The translations under genes and the position numbers were made by a program. DNA of 34,704 nt. Source: Catajapyx aquilonaris (Eukaryota). The notes beneath the pieces were generated by a model that saw nothing but the letters and a program-made list of their open reading frames with translations, ran no database searches and was not told the origin of the DNA. Shown piece after piece: positions 34,055 to 34,704 of the stretch (positions are counted from its first letter, which is position 1; every line of letters starts with the position of its first letter). Location of the stretch: NCBI GenBank assembly GCA_000934665.2, contig KZ539065.1, positions 1 through 34,704 on the forward strand. The letters run 5' to 3'.

Positions 34055-34339
34055 ATATCTATAAATAAGGAAGTTTGGATGTTTGTCCCTTATAGAAATC
34101 CAGGGGAAGGCCCTTACACCGCCTTAAATTAGCATATCGGGGGTTACTTTTTCCAAGGAATCTAACGCCGCATGTTTCAGCTTCCGAAAATGTACCTAAC
34201 TCCCACAACACGCATATTCCTGCCTCAACAATTACCGTAGCTTACATCAATCACAATAAATCAATTTGCATTCCCATGGAAATGCCTCTCTTTTTTTTAA
34301 CTATTTACCTCCCTGCATCGTACCGCAGGGAGGGAACCT

Positions 34340-34587
34340 TTATTTCGTCTTGATGGAACCTTTTTGACGTAGCGCCCGGGCCCATGGGCAGGGTGACTGG
34401 GAGATGTGCAAGGTGCAAGTGCAATTCTCAAACGGTATATTTTGTGAACTCCCCGGGTGGATTAGTCTGATGAGATTCCACCCGAAACGAAGCCAGAGAC
34501 GACCCAACTCTGCACGGGATGAAAGGGGGAACCCCGGGCTGATGGGATCGAACCCGACGTTTCCGCAGCGCCACTTTATATTACTCC
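34340..34587 (-). mobile_element. tRNA-derived SINE, copy 2 (inverted)
   Basis: Minus strand: A box tggcgctgcgg (34563-34573), B box ggttcgatcc (34545-34554), shared core including agactaatccacccg and gggagttcacaaaat. The A-B spacer is shortened by a deletion. Confidence 0.75.
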
Positions 34588-34704
34588 GTGTTGAAAACAA
34601 AATTTCCCATCATACATCTGTACGTACATTTCTAAAGTTATCCAGAGCAAACATATGGAACGAGATGGGGGTGTGAAGTGGGGTTGGGGGGGAGGGGGGG
34701 TCAA

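Noticed and set aside
34050..34330. Possible Helitron-like 5' end (tctatatctataaataag...tgtttgtccc)
   Set aside because: No matching 3' hairpin plus CTAG terminus was identified; too weak to call.

Overview
Eukaryotic (animal, probably arthropod) genomic DNA carrying four spliced protein-coding genes, all on the minus strand. Two are tandem paralogues of an LDL-receptor-family membrane protein (850-4168, 9 coding exons, ~611 aa; 5131-8127, 10 coding exons, ~670 aa). Their domain order is unusual: signal peptide, short basic pro-segment, EGF, one YWTD beta-propeller, EGF, two LDLa repeats, stalk, transmembrane helix, and a tail without NPxY. The third is a Noto/Not-class homeobox gene (18500-23939, 3 exons, ~296 aa, eh1 motif, poly-His tracts) lying in a large non-coding domain with homeodomain-site clusters and poly-G tracts. 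The fourth is Bub3, of which the last six coding exons are present (30311-33546; the 5' end is outside the window). Several MITEs/foldback elements and three tRNA-derived SINE copies are interspersed. Exon boundaries were read by eye from GT/AG sites, phase compatibility and paralogue comparison; no database search was run. The most notable item is the domain-rearranged LDLR-like pair.
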